Below, in pieces: positions 7,166-16,366 of a stretch of DNA of 64,000 nucleotides. Numbering within the stretch: position 1 is the stretch's first letter; every line of letters begins with the position of its first letter. The position numbers and the translations under genes were made by a program. Source of the stretch: a virus; the IMG/VR virus record IMGVR_UViG_3300010371_000029, positions 1 through 64,000 of that record; one strand, 5' to 3'. The notes beneath the pieces were generated by a model that saw nothing but the letters and a program-made list of their open reading frames with translations, did no database searches and was not told the DNA's origin.

Positions 7166-7692
7166 TAGAGAAAATTTCTAAACGTTTCTCAAAAAAGTTC
7201 CGGTTCGGCTATCACGACACGGAAGATATAGAACAACAGGCGGCCCTTTATGCCTTAGAGGGGATTAAGGCTTACCTACCAGAGAAGGGTGACCTTGAAA
7301 ATTTCCTCTGCGTTCATGTTCGTAATCGTTTGATGAACTTCAAACGCGATAACTACTTCCGATTGGACGCGCCATGTACTGGCTGCCCCTTTAATAAAAA
7401 CGACGTTTGTACCGCCTTTGAGGACAAGATGGATTGTGAGCTATTCGCCGCTTGGCTACGGAAACGTGAAGTTAGGAAGAACCTAATGAACCCGGCCGAA
7501 TCATATTACGAGAGCGGCAGCCACGCCCCTAATGAGATTGACCGCCGCGAAACCCTTTCCAAGATTAATTCCCGGTTAGACCCACTTCTTCGGGCCGATT
7601 TTCTCCGCATCCTTGACGGGGTGGCTGTCCCCAAACATAGAAAGAATAAAGTTAGGCAAGCTGTTCAGGAGATTTTAGATGGTAAAGCGTAA
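7135..7692 (+). CDS. Phage sigma70-family sigma factor with Cys-rich insert
   Basis: Region-2 pattern EDIEQQAALYALEGIKAY...LENFLCVHVRNRLMNFKR, followed by CTGC...C...C. Confidence 0.75.
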   Translation: MDIGPHEISIIEKISKRFSKKFRFGYHDTEDIEQQAALYALEGIKAYLPEKGDLENFLCVHVRNRLMNFKRDNYFRLDAPCTGCPFNKNDVCTAFEDKMDCELFAAWLRKREVRKNLMNPAESYYESGSHAPNEIDRRETLSKINSRLDPLLRADFLRILDGVAVPKHRKNKVRQAVQEILDGKA

Positions 7693-8542
7693 ATATTTAA
7701 CAAATCAGGAGAGTGAGTTCATTCGGGCAAACTTCACCACCATGACAGACCGCGAAATCGCGGAAAAATTAGACCGGCGCGTCGCGACGGTAACTAAATT
7801 TAGACAGCGGTTCGGTTTAAATAAGCCCGATACCCCTCAGGGTAAGATAAGAGAGAAGGAGGTTGCCCCGGAGGTTAAGTTTGAGGAAGAACTTACCCAT
7901 AGTGTCCATTACTTCGAGTTAAAGAAGATGTTTTCGGACGATGAACTAAAAAAATATATCCGGCGGTGGGTCGAACTTAATATGCAGTTCTCGAAGGAGG
8001 GGTTGTTAGCTAGTGAGCGCGAACAGTTGTCCCAACTTGTTAGATTGGAAATTTTAATTGACCGCAACTTTGTCGAACAGCGCCAAGCTATAGAGGAGGG
8101 CGAACGTCTTGAAGTGCTGATACACTTGGAAGAGAAGAAAAAGAATAAAAATATTGATTTAATCATGGATTTACATGCAAAACTTGCAATGGTCCTCGGT
8201 TCAGGAAAGGCTCAACGGAAAGATTTGTTGGACATGCAGGCCAAACACGGCACTATCTTGAAGGACCTTAAAGCTACCCGCGACCAACGGGTTAAGGCAA
8301 TTGCCGACAATAAAGAAACTTTCATGGGTTTCGTAAAAACTATTATGCAGGAGGAAGTAAGGATTAAAGAGGCTAGGGCGATGGAATTAATGAGGTTAGC
8401 AGCGGAAAAGAAGGAAAGAGAGATGATGGAACTATTCGATTATGGTTCGGAGATAGACCGTCTTTTGCTTAATCATGTTAGTGTAAGTCAAGAAGAATCT
8501 AGAGAGGTAGATAATGATAGACAAGAAAACGTACAGGAATAA
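7679..8542 (+). CDS. HTH plus coiled-coil protein, possible terminase small subunit
   Basis: LTNQESEFIRANFTTMTDREIAEKLDRRVATV is HTH-like; the rest is helical. TerS role inferred from position only. Confidence 0.5.
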   Translation: MVKRKYLTNQESEFIRANFTTMTDREIAEKLDRRVATVTKFRQRFGLNKPDTPQGKIREKEVAPEVKFEEELTHSVHYFELKKMFSDDELKKYIRRWVELNMQFSKEGLLASEREQLSQLVRLEILIDRNFVEQRQAIEEGERLEVLIHLEEKKKNKNIDLIMDLHAKLAMVLGSGKAQRKDLLDMQAKHGTILKDLKATRDQRVKAIADNKETFMGFVKTIMQEEVRIKEARAMELMRLAAEKKEREMMELFDYGSEIDRLLLNHVSVSQEESREVDNDRQENVQE

Positions 8543-9614
8543 TCCATATTCAATTGTTGGACAAATTTTTGAACATTTATTGGTATTAGATTTTGTAGGC
8601 ATTATTAATAAACGTAAAACTTTTAAATGTTTATGTGATTGTGGTAGAATAACAAATGTTAGAGGAGACTATTTACTTAATAATTTTACTAAACGGTGTC
8701 AAATAGGAGGTTGTTCTAAACACCATTTAAAGGGTCAAACTATAAATAGGTGGACAATTTTAGAATTTTCTAGAATGAGAGGTACACGTCAATTATGGTG
8801 GTGTAAATGTGATTGTGGAAAAATTAAAGAAAAAGGACTTAGAGAAATAGAACAACATAAAAGTAAGTCGTGCGGCTGTTTTTCTGTTGAAGAGTGTGTA
8901 AAACGAGTGTTAAAAGATTTAACGAATAAAGAATATCCAGGTTTTAAGGTTTTGAAACGTTCAGAGAGTTGGAATAAAAGTCAATTAAGATATTTATGCA
9001 GGTGTAGATGTGGCAATGAATTTACTGCACAAGGTCAAAGTATTAGACAAGGTATAACAACGGGATGTGGTTGTTTTAAAGCAATTTTACATAAAAGCAG
9101 ATTATCTCAATTAGAAAAATTAGGTAAAAGTGATAAACAAAGAGTCAAATATAAAAAGAAATATAAAATTTGGAAAGATGAGGTTTTTAAAAGAGATAAT
9201 AGGAGTTGTGTAGTATGTGGCAATAAATGTTCTACTATTCATGCCCATCATCTTAATGGATTTCATTGGTGTACTTTTAGAGAAAAATTTGATATTAATA
9301 ATGGTGTTACTTTGTGCGGCGAAAAACATGGATGTCATATGACTTTTCATAAAATATATGGGACAAAGTATAATACTAAAATTCAATTTGAACAATTTTT
9401 ATTAAATTATAACGAACAGCAGGAATGGCTTAGACAAAACAATATTATACTAGCTTTATCGGATAATAAAAATGGTAACAGTGTCACAGAAGGAAATGGC
9501 AGCGGCTTGGCTGACGCATCAAATGTTGAACGAGTCGGGGCGGAAGATACTAGTTCGCGCCCCATTGGAGGAGGGGAAAATATTAATCAAGGAAGTGGCG
9601 GCCCGGCTAGCTGA
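8514..9614 (+). CDS. HNH homing endonuclease with three CxCxCG repeats
   Basis: Repeated G..F..L.V...CxCDCG modules; C-terminal VFKRDNRSCVVCG...HAHH...NGVTLC...CH..FH. Confidence 0.85.
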   Translation: MIDKKTYRNNPYSIVGQIFEHLLVLDFVGIINKRKTFKCLCDCGRITNVRGDYLLNNFTKRCQIGGCSKHHLKGQTINRWTILEFSRMRGTRQLWWCKCDCGKIKEKGLREIEQHKSKSCGCFSVEECVKRVLKDLTNKEYPGFKVLKRSESWNKSQLRYLCRCRCGNEFTAQGQSIRQGITTGCGCFKAILHKSRLSQLEKLGKSDKQRVKYKKKYKIWKDEVFKRDNRSCVVCGNKCSTIHAHHLNGFHWCTFREKFDINNGVTLCGEKHGCHMTFHKIYGTKYNTKIQFEQFLLNYNEQQEWLRQNNIILALSDNKNGNSVTEGNGSGLADASNVERVGAEDTSSRPIGGGENINQGSGGPAS

Positions 9615-9738
9615 GACGGAACTTTCCTTTAAATTTATGATAACATCTAACGATAATCAACTGTATTTTCGCTCTAACAAAATTTTTCTTAACTTTAACG
9701 ACGATAATTTCACACACCGATTAAATCTGGGGGAATAA
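9472..9738 (+). CDS. Hypothetical protein
   Basis: 88-aa ORF ending just before gmd; overlapped by the low-complexity tail of the HNH gene. Confidence 0.6.
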   Translation: MVTVSQKEMAAAWLTHQMLNESGRKILVRAPLEEGKILIKEVAARLAETELSFKFMITSNDNQLYFRSNKIFLNFNDDNFTHRLNLGE

Positions 9739-9739
9739 A

Positions 9740-10759
9740 ATGGAAAATAGGAAAGCTGCTGTAACTGGTGCAAATGGACAAACGGGCTCATATCTTTGTG
9801 AACACCTCCTTGAACGTGGATATAGGGTTTTTGGCATCGTAAGGCGGTCCAGTACCGACACCACTGAAAGATTAACTAATATTTTAAATAATCCAGATTT
9901 TGAATTAATTACTTGTGATATTACTGACGGACCCGGAATTACTAATATTATAAGGACTACAAAATGTCACGAACTTTATAACTTGGCTGCGCAAAGTCAT
10001 GTTGGAATTAGCTTTACGGCGGCCCATAGTACATTCGAGGTAACTGGGGCTGCTATTATTCACCAACTAGAAGCTATTAAACAATTTTCACCTAATACTC
10101 ATTTTTTGCAAGCCTCTAGTAGTGAAATTTTTGGAACCAACGGAATAGAAACTGGGCAGAATGAAGATACTTCATTTGCTCCGCAGTCACCCTACGCGGC
10201 GGCAAAAACATTCTCAGAACACATGGTTAAAATTTATAGACAGGCTTACAAACTCCATATTTCTTCAACGATTGCTTTTAATCATGAATCCCCTCGTCGT
10301 GGGTTGGAGTTTGTCACTAGAAAGGTTACTAACTATATCGGAAAATTAAAAAATGGATTAATTAATGAACCGTTAAAATTGGGTAATTTAAATGCGTATA
10401 GGGACTGGTCCCACGCAAAAGACGTAGCGGCGGCTATGCATCTTGTAACTCAATATAAAACCGCAGATACCTACGTTGTTAGTAGCGGCGAAACATATTC
10501 GGTGGAACATTTTGTACGATTAGCATTTAAACTTGTCGATTTAGACTGGAAAGAACACGTTGTTATTGATAAAAATCTATTTAGGCCATTAGAAGTTCCA
10601 TTTTTGAAAGGCGATTCTACTAAGATTAGAACCCTTTTAGGGTGGAGACCAAATTATTCATTTTTGGAGTTATGTCAAGAAATGATAGATAGCGACATTC
10701 AAAAATATGGCAAAAAAACGTCGAAGACTTCGCAAACGTCGCCCGTATTCCAAATATAA
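9740..10759 (+). CDS. gmd: GDP-mannose 4,6-dehydratase
   Basis: VTGANGQTGSYL, YNLAAQSHV, QASSSEIFG, PQSPYAAAK, FNHESPRRG..FVTRK, RDWSHAKD. Confidence 0.95.
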   Translation: MENRKAAVTGANGQTGSYLCEHLLERGYRVFGIVRRSSTDTTERLTNILNNPDFELITCDITDGPGITNIIRTTKCHELYNLAAQSHVGISFTAAHSTFEVTGAAIIHQLEAIKQFSPNTHFLQASSSEIFGTNGIETGQNEDTSFAPQSPYAAAKTFSEHMVKIYRQAYKLHISSTIAFNHESPRRGLEFVTRKVTNYIGKLKNGLINEPLKLGNLNAYRDWSHAKDVAAAMHLVTQYKTADTYVVSSGETYSVEHFVRLAFKLVDLDWKEHVVIDKNLFRPLEVPFLKGDSTKIRTLLGWRPNYSFLELCQEMIDSDIQKYGKKTSKTSQTSPVFQI

Positions 10760-11066
10760 ATATAAGGGTCCTAGTAATCGTAACTATAAAGACCCTAGAT
10801 ATGTAGCTTTTCGGCGAGCGGTTAGGAACAGGGATAAATGTTGCCAATTCCCCGGTTGCCGATATAAAGGCAAAAGACTTGAAGTCCACCATATATGCAA
10901 ATTCAGTGATTATCCCGATTTAAGGTACTTGTCCCCCAATGGGGTGGTACTATGCCATTCCCACCATAAATTTGTAACCGGGCATGAAGAAGTATACGAG
11001 GCTTTATTTAAAATGATTGTGGAAATAAATGAAAGGAAAAATCGTGGACCCCATAATTCTATTTAG
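10707..11066 (+). CDS. Small HNH endonuclease
   Basis: VRNRDKCCQFPGC...LEVHHI...NGVVLCHSHH. Confidence 0.85.
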   Translation: MAKKRRRLRKRRPYSKYKYKGPSNRNYKDPRYVAFRRAVRNRDKCCQFPGCRYKGKRLEVHHICKFSDYPDLRYLSPNGVVLCHSHHKFVTGHEEVYEALFKMIVEINERKNRGPHNSI

Positions 11067-11853
11067 ACAATCTTTAGCCGAAGAAGGTGAATTACAAGCT
11101 ATACAAAAATGTTTTCCTAGTTGTTTTTATAGAAGTTCAATACCAAAAGGTTCTTTAGTTATACCACGATATTCTGCTTTGCCCTATTATAAAGAACTAG
11201 AAATGGACGTTAATGCCTTAGGTTCTTCTTTAATTAATAGTTATGAGGAGCATAATTGGGTAGCAAATTTTTACTATTATGAAGTTCTAAAGAACTTTAC
11301 CTTTGAAACATGGGACGACACCAATTTCTACAGGGCTCCCGAAGGAGCCTATGTTGTTAAGGGCAGAACCAACTCTAGAAAACAGAATTGGAACAAACAA
11401 ATGTTCGCGGCATCTAAAAGGGAAGCGATAAATATTGCGGCGGAACTTGCCGGCGACAGTTTAATCGGCCCACAAGGTATAATTTACCGAAAGTACGTTC
11501 CATTAAAAACTTATGGCTATGGATTTAATGGATTACCTTTTACTAACGAGTGGAGATTCTTTTTTCTTGGTAAACGAATGCTGAGTTGTGGTTATTACTG
11601 GTCCAATTCAGAAACTCGCCCCGCAAAGTGCCCACATGAATGTATAGCTTTCGCCCATGAAGTTGCGGACGCCACCCACGAATTTATTCCTTTCTACGTT
11701 TTGGACATTGCCGAAAAAGCTGAAGGCGGCTGGATTTTAGTGGAGATTAACGACGCCTCGATGAGCGGTTTGAGCGATAATAACCCACACGAACTCTACT
11801 CGAATTTAAGGAAAAGAGTATGTCAAGAATACTTCATTCGCCCAATGATTTAA
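11029..11853 (+). CDS. ATP-grasp domain protein (R2K / DUF4343-like)
   Basis: YVVKG, EWRFFF, FYVLDIAE...WILVEINDASMSGL. Confidence 0.8.
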   Translation: MKGKIVDPIILFRQSLAEEGELQAIQKCFPSCFYRSSIPKGSLVIPRYSALPYYKELEMDVNALGSSLINSYEEHNWVANFYYYEVLKNFTFETWDDTNFYRAPEGAYVVKGRTNSRKQNWNKQMFAASKREAINIAAELAGDSLIGPQGIIYRKYVPLKTYGYGFNGLPFTNEWRFFFLGKRMLSCGYYWSNSETRPAKCPHECIAFAHEVADATHEFIPFYVLDIAEKAEGGWILVEINDASMSGLSDNNPHELYSNLRKRVCQEYFIRPMI

Positions 11854-12263
11854 TTCGCGTTTATAATTTAATTAAAGAAGAGTGGGGTGAAAACTATGCT
11901 AACGAATTTTTTAAAGAATTTAAAACTTGCGATAATATTAATAAAACAATTCTCATTGCTCTTATTGATAATTCCATTGTCGGTTCAGCCACTATTGTTA
12001 AATCTGAGATTGATTTTGACCTTTGGGGAATTACTTGGGTAATAGTAGATAAGGCCCACCGTGGAAAGGGAATAGGGAAAAAACTTATTAATGATTGTGA
12101 ACATTTAATAAGACAATTAGCGTTTTGTCGCTCTCAAAAGTCTATTTACGTTGAACTTACCACTAATAAACCCACCTTTTATGAGAAACTTGGCTATAAA
12201 CAAATAACTGAAATAGGTAAGGGACAAATGATGATTAAGGAGATTAAACCTTGGAAATTCTAA
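11820..12263 (+). CDS. GNAT acetyltransferase
   Basis: VIVDKAHRGKGIGKKLI; FYEKLGY. Confidence 0.9.
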   Translation: MSRILHSPNDLIRVYNLIKEEWGENYANEFFKEFKTCDNINKTILIALIDNSIVGSATIVKSEIDFDLWGITWVIVDKAHRGKGIGKKLINDCEHLIRQLAFCRSQKSIYVELTTNKPTFYEKLGYKQITEIGKGQMMIKEIKPWKF

Positions 12264-12667
12264 GGGTCGATGTAAATAAATCTGACTTTGTACTGGATTT
12301 TATTAAATCTCTATACGGCGAAGACGCGCAGCGTTACTTTAATTTAAATCATTGTAACCCATCCTCCATTATTTTCATTGCTCGTAAGAACGAGCAAATA
12401 GTTGGTACAGTATGTATTTTTAAATCCCGTATAGACGTGGCCCTTTGGGGTCTTTCTTTTTTAGTGGTATTACCGGAATTTAGGCGTCAAGGCATTGCAA
12501 CAGCGTTGATAAAAGAATGTGAACAAACTATTATAAAATGTGCCCCATACCCTCAATCAATCTTACTTTCTGCTTACCGACCCGATTTATATTTAAAACT
12601 GGGTTATACCAGGATATGCCGGGCTAATAATAACTATTTAATGTTTAAGGCTTTTAATGGAAACTGA
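12251..12667 (+). CDS. GNAT acetyltransferase
   Basis: VVLPEFRRQGIATALI; LYLKLGY; tandem paralog of the previous gene. Confidence 0.9.
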   Translation: MEILRVDVNKSDFVLDFIKSLYGEDAQRYFNLNHCNPSSIIFIARKNEQIVGTVCIFKSRIDVALWGLSFLVVLPEFRRQGIATALIKECEQTIIKCAPYPQSILLSAYRPDLYLKLGYTRICRANNNYLMFKAFNGN

Positions 12668-13109
12668 CTTCCTCATCATCAGGGACACTCGCGAACAAAA
12701 AGGACACGGTTATTACTTCGACAATATGGTCACGGAAACCTTAGATGTAGGTGATTACTGCATAAAAGGTTACGAAAATATAATCTTCTTAGACCGCAAA
12801 GCCTCAATTCTTGAATGGGCAAAAAATATTACCGAAGCACGGTTTGAGCGAGAACTTGAACGGGCCATGAACCATCGCTATAAATATTTACTTTTTGAAT
12901 TCTACGCTGAGGAACTTACCAATTTTCCTCACGGTGTTTCCATACCATATAACTTGCGCGGCAAGTTGAAGATGAGTGGGGCATTTCTATTAAAAAGAAC
13001 TTTTGAACTTTGTGTTAAATTTGGAGTTGCACCTATTTTTGCTGGGACAGCCGGGAAACAATTTACTAAAAGTTTATTCAAACGAATTTACGAAAAGGAA
13101 ACCACATGA
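12657..13109 (+). CDS. ERCC4/XPF-type nuclease
   Basis: IIRDTREQ...LDVGDY...DRKAS, a variant of the GDY...ERK motif. Confidence 0.8.
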   Translation: METDFLIIRDTREQKGHGYYFDNMVTETLDVGDYCIKGYENIIFLDRKASILEWAKNITEARFERELERAMNHRYKYLLFEFYAEELTNFPHGVSIPYNLRGKLKMSGAFLLKRTFELCVKFGVAPIFAGTAGKQFTKSLFKRIYEKETT

Positions 13110-16100
13110 AAAAAGAAGGATTAATGAATCCTGACATTATTCAGGACTTGTTAACCTTTGCACACCTTGAACTTGGCGATACTTCTAAAATTATAACTAA
13201 AAATCCCTTTGAAGAATTTCCCAATGAATATTGGTTAGACCAGCCTCATCTCGCAGTAACAAAACTCATGATGAATTTGGACTATCTTCCCTTTATTTGT
13301 AAACATATACTCAACATAGAAATTTTGCCTTTCCAACATGTAGTGATTCGCGAGCTATGGAATCGTCCCTTTCCAATGTTAGTAGGAACAAGAGGCTTGA
13401 GTAAAACGTGGCAGCTAGCAGTTTATTCATTGCTTAGAGCTTTGTTGATTCCTGGGCGAAAAATTATTATTTGTGGAGCCGCATTTCGTCAAGCAAAACT
13501 TATCTTTGAATATACCGATACCTTGTACCGCAATAGTCCAATACTAAGAGATATATGTTCTGGCTCCATCCGGGGGGGTCCTCGTCGCGATATTGATAGA
13601 GTTCAATTTACTATTGGAGAAAGTGAAATAACTGGGTTACCTTTGGGGGACGGTTCCCGTATCCGTGGCCTCAGGTCGCATGATACGATTTGTGACGAGT
13701 TCAGTTGCGTCGGCGTAAACTCTTTAGTAGAAACAAGTTACGGCATCGTTCGGATACAAGATACTAAGGAAAACTTCAGAGATTTAGAATTAATTAACAG
13801 AAACGGTATGTATGAAACGCCTATTTTGTTTAATGAAACTCCTCCGACAGATGCTTATAAAATTACGGTAAGAAATGGGTATAGTTTTATATGTTCGGCT
13901 CATCATCAAGTTGAAACAACGGATGGATTTAAGATTGCTAAAGATTTAACAGAAAACGATTATTTGTGGTTTGATAATAAATATAAGTTTCCAGAAAAAT
14001 ATATCCAGTATAAGGATATTACAGTAGATGAAAATTTGGGTTGGTTAATGGGTATAATTCAAGCAGAAGGATGTTTGACGGGAAAACATCATATTTCGGT
14101 TCATATGACAGATGCAGATTGTATTAATAGAATTATTGATTCTGTACAAATGATTGATTCTTCTATAAGTAAAAGTTTTTATACTAGAGACGCATATATT
14201 GATAATAGAGGTTGGAATTGTAAAGAGGCTTATACAACCCATATTTGTAGTGTGCCATTTAAACAAAAATTAGAATATTTAGGTATGGAGCCAGTTACAA
14301 GTCATTATAAAAAAGTTCCTTGGTCTATATTAAGGTCTCCGAAGTCAGTTGTTATAAGATTCCTAGCGGGTCTTTTTGAGGGGGATGGCAGTGCTTTTAT
14401 ATTTAAAAATAGAGATAACGATAAATCTTTAGGAGTTGCTTTTTATAGCGTATCTAAACAATTTTGTCAAGAGGTACAATTTTTATTACATAAATTAGAT
14501 ATAAGCTCTTATATTAATAAAAGAAAAGGTACTTTAGGAGATAAGAATGACCAACATTTAGTACGTATGAATGGCTTACATGCTAAAAGATTTATGGAAT
14601 TAGTAAATATTCCAAAATGGGAACATATTCTTGAGAATTGTAGAGTTTATCCAAGCAGAAAAAAGAAAGTTATTTATTTGAAAGATAAAGATAGGTGGAC
14701 TACTAGTATTAAAATAAACGGTAAATATAAACGTTATGGTACTTACAAAACTAAAGAAGAAGCTTTAGAAGCATATGAAAAGAATAACCAACCTTTAAAT
14801 TTACCCGTGACTAAAGTAGAAAAATTAGAAGGAAAACACGTTTTATATGATTATGGGCTTCCTTTTACTCATAGTTTCTATGCAAACGGTTTTATTCAAC
14901 ATAATTCTATTCCGCCCGAAATCTACAGCGTTGTAATTGCCGGCTTTGGGGCTGTGTCTTCAAATCCTGTGGAAGCATTTAAGCAATCAGCAAAAATAGA
15001 AGCTTTAAATAAATTGGGGATTGAAAATCCAGAGGACGTATTAGGTGTTTCGTCAATTGTTCCTAACCAATCTATTATAGCCGGAACGGCAAGTTATGCT
15101 TTTGAGTCATATGGTCGTTACTGGCAACGTTATAAAGCTATTATAGAATCTCAGGGTGACCCAGAAAAATTAAAGGAGATTTTCCACGGAGAGGTTCCCA
15201 CTAATTTTAATTGGAAAGATTATTCGATTATCAGGATTCCTTATCAGGCGTTACCCAAAAATTTCATGGACGAAAAAACAATTATGAGGGCAAAGGCCAC
15301 TAGTGAGCCGAGTCAGTTCGCGAGGGAATATTTAGCCTGTTTTCCCTCAGATAGTCAAGGGTTTTTCAAGCGTAGTTTAATCGTTCGTGCTACGGCCCGT
15401 ATGGATAACCCTTTAGTACTTCAAAGTGGTCCGGTTAAGTTTGAAGCTACCTTAAATGGGAGTATGGATAGGAAATATATTATAGGTATTGACCCTGCTT
15501 CAGAAAAGGACAACTTTGCCATAGTTGTATTAGAAATTTGGCCCGACCATAGAAGAGTAGTATATGGGTGGACCATAACTCGCCAGTTGTATAAACAGAA
15601 GATTAAAGAAGGGGCTGCGCCCGAGTTGAATTATTATGATTATTGTGCTCGAAAAATTAGAGATTTAATGAAGGTATTTCCCTGTGACAGAATCGCCATA
15701 GATAGTCAGGGTGGTGGTATTGCGGTTATGGAATCTCTTTCTGATAATTCTAAACTTCAGGAAGGTGAAAGGCGCATCTGGCCCTTGATTAATGACGATA
15801 AGCCAAAAGACACAGATAACTATGAGGGTTTACATATTGTAGACGTTATAAACTTTTCTAACGCTCAATGGGTCAGTGAAGCCAATCATGGATTAAAACG
15901 AGACCTTCAAGATAACATGTTATTCATGCCTTATCTAGACCCGATTTCGTTAGAATTAGCACATATAGAAGATGAGAAAAATTCGCGACATTATGATACG
16001 CTCGAAGACGCTACTATGGAGATTGAGGCTTTGCGCGACGAACTTTGTACTATTGTTATGACCTGTACTTCTTCTGGTAGAGAAAGCTGGGATACGCCCG

Positions 16101-16366
16101 AAACCAAAACAGAGGGCTCTAAGAAGGGAAGGTTAAGGAAAGATAGATATTCTGCCTTATTAATGGCGAACATGACAGCACGTCAAATTCACAGAGCCGA
16201 ACCCGTTGCCGAATACAATCCCGCTGGTGGTATAGCTGGGCAAGCTAGGGGGAACAGGGGCAATTCACTTTATGTAAACGCGCCCGCCTGGGCTAAAGAC
16301 TATGCCTCCCAAGTTGGAGTAAATAGACACCATTCCGGTCCCGATGGAACGAGGATATTTTATTGA
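13106..16366 (+). CDS. terL: Terminase large subunit, intein-containing
   Basis: Walker A region GTRGLSKT, FRQAK, IRGLRS..TICDEF (Walker B); RNase H-like nuclease IGIDPA...IAIDSQGGG...KDRYSA. Confidence 0.9.
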   Translation: MKKEGLMNPDIIQDLLTFAHLELGDTSKIITKNPFEEFPNEYWLDQPHLAVTKLMMNLDYLPFICKHILNIEILPFQHVVIRELWNRPFPMLVGTRGLSKTWQLAVYSLLRALLIPGRKIIICGAAFRQAKLIFEYTDTLYRNSPILRDICSGSIRGGPRRDIDRVQFTIGESEITGLPLGDGSRIRGLRSHDTICDEFSCVGVNSLVETSYGIVRIQDTKENFRDLELINRNGMYETPILFNETPPTDAYKITVRNGYSFICSAHHQVETTDGFKIAKDLTENDYLWFDNKYKFPEKYIQYKDITVDENLGWLMGIIQAEGCLTGKHHISVHMTDADCINRIIDSVQMIDSSISKSFYTRDAYIDNRGWNCKEAYTTHICSVPFKQKLEYLGMEPVTSHYKKVPWSILRSPKSVVIRFLAGLFEGDGSAFIFKNRDNDKSLGVAFYSVSKQFCQEVQFLLHKLDISSYINKRKGTLGDKNDQHLVRMNGLHAKRFMELVNIPKWEHILENCRVYPSRKKKVIYLKDKDRWTTSIKINGKYKRYGTYKTKEEALEAYEKNNQPLNLPVTKVEKLEGKHVLYDYGLPFTHSFYANGFIQHNSIPPEIYSVVIAGFGAVSSNPVEAFKQSAKIEALNKLGIENPEDVLGVSSIVPNQSIIAGTASYAFESYGRYWQRYKAIIESQGDPEKLKEIFHGEVPTNFNWKDYSIIRIPYQALPKNFMDEKTIMRAKATSEPSQFAREYLACFPSDSQGFFKRSLIVRATARMDNPLVLQSGPVKFEATLNGSMDRKYIIGIDPASEKDNFAIVVLEIWPDHRRVVYGWTITRQLYKQKIKEGAAPELNYYDYCARKIRDLMKVFPCDRIAIDSQGGGIAVMESLSDNSKLQEGERRIWPLINDDKPKDTDNYEGLHIVDVINFSNAQWVSEANHGLKRDLQDNMLFMPYLDPISLELAHIEDEKNSRHYDTLEDATMEIEALRDELCTIVMTCTSSGRESWDTPETKTEGSKKGRLRKDRYSALLMANMTARQIHRAEPVAEYNPAGGIAGQARGNRGNSLYVNAPAWAKDYASQVGVNRHHSGPDGTRIFY
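13706..14905 (+). mobile_element. Intein (400 aa) with LAGLIDADG endonuclease and AP2-like domain
   Basis: Begins C-VGVNSLV after DEFS, ends FIQHN followed by Ser. Blocks CSAHH, WLMGIIQAEG, FLAGLFEGDG. Locally more AT-rich. Confidence 0.9.
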
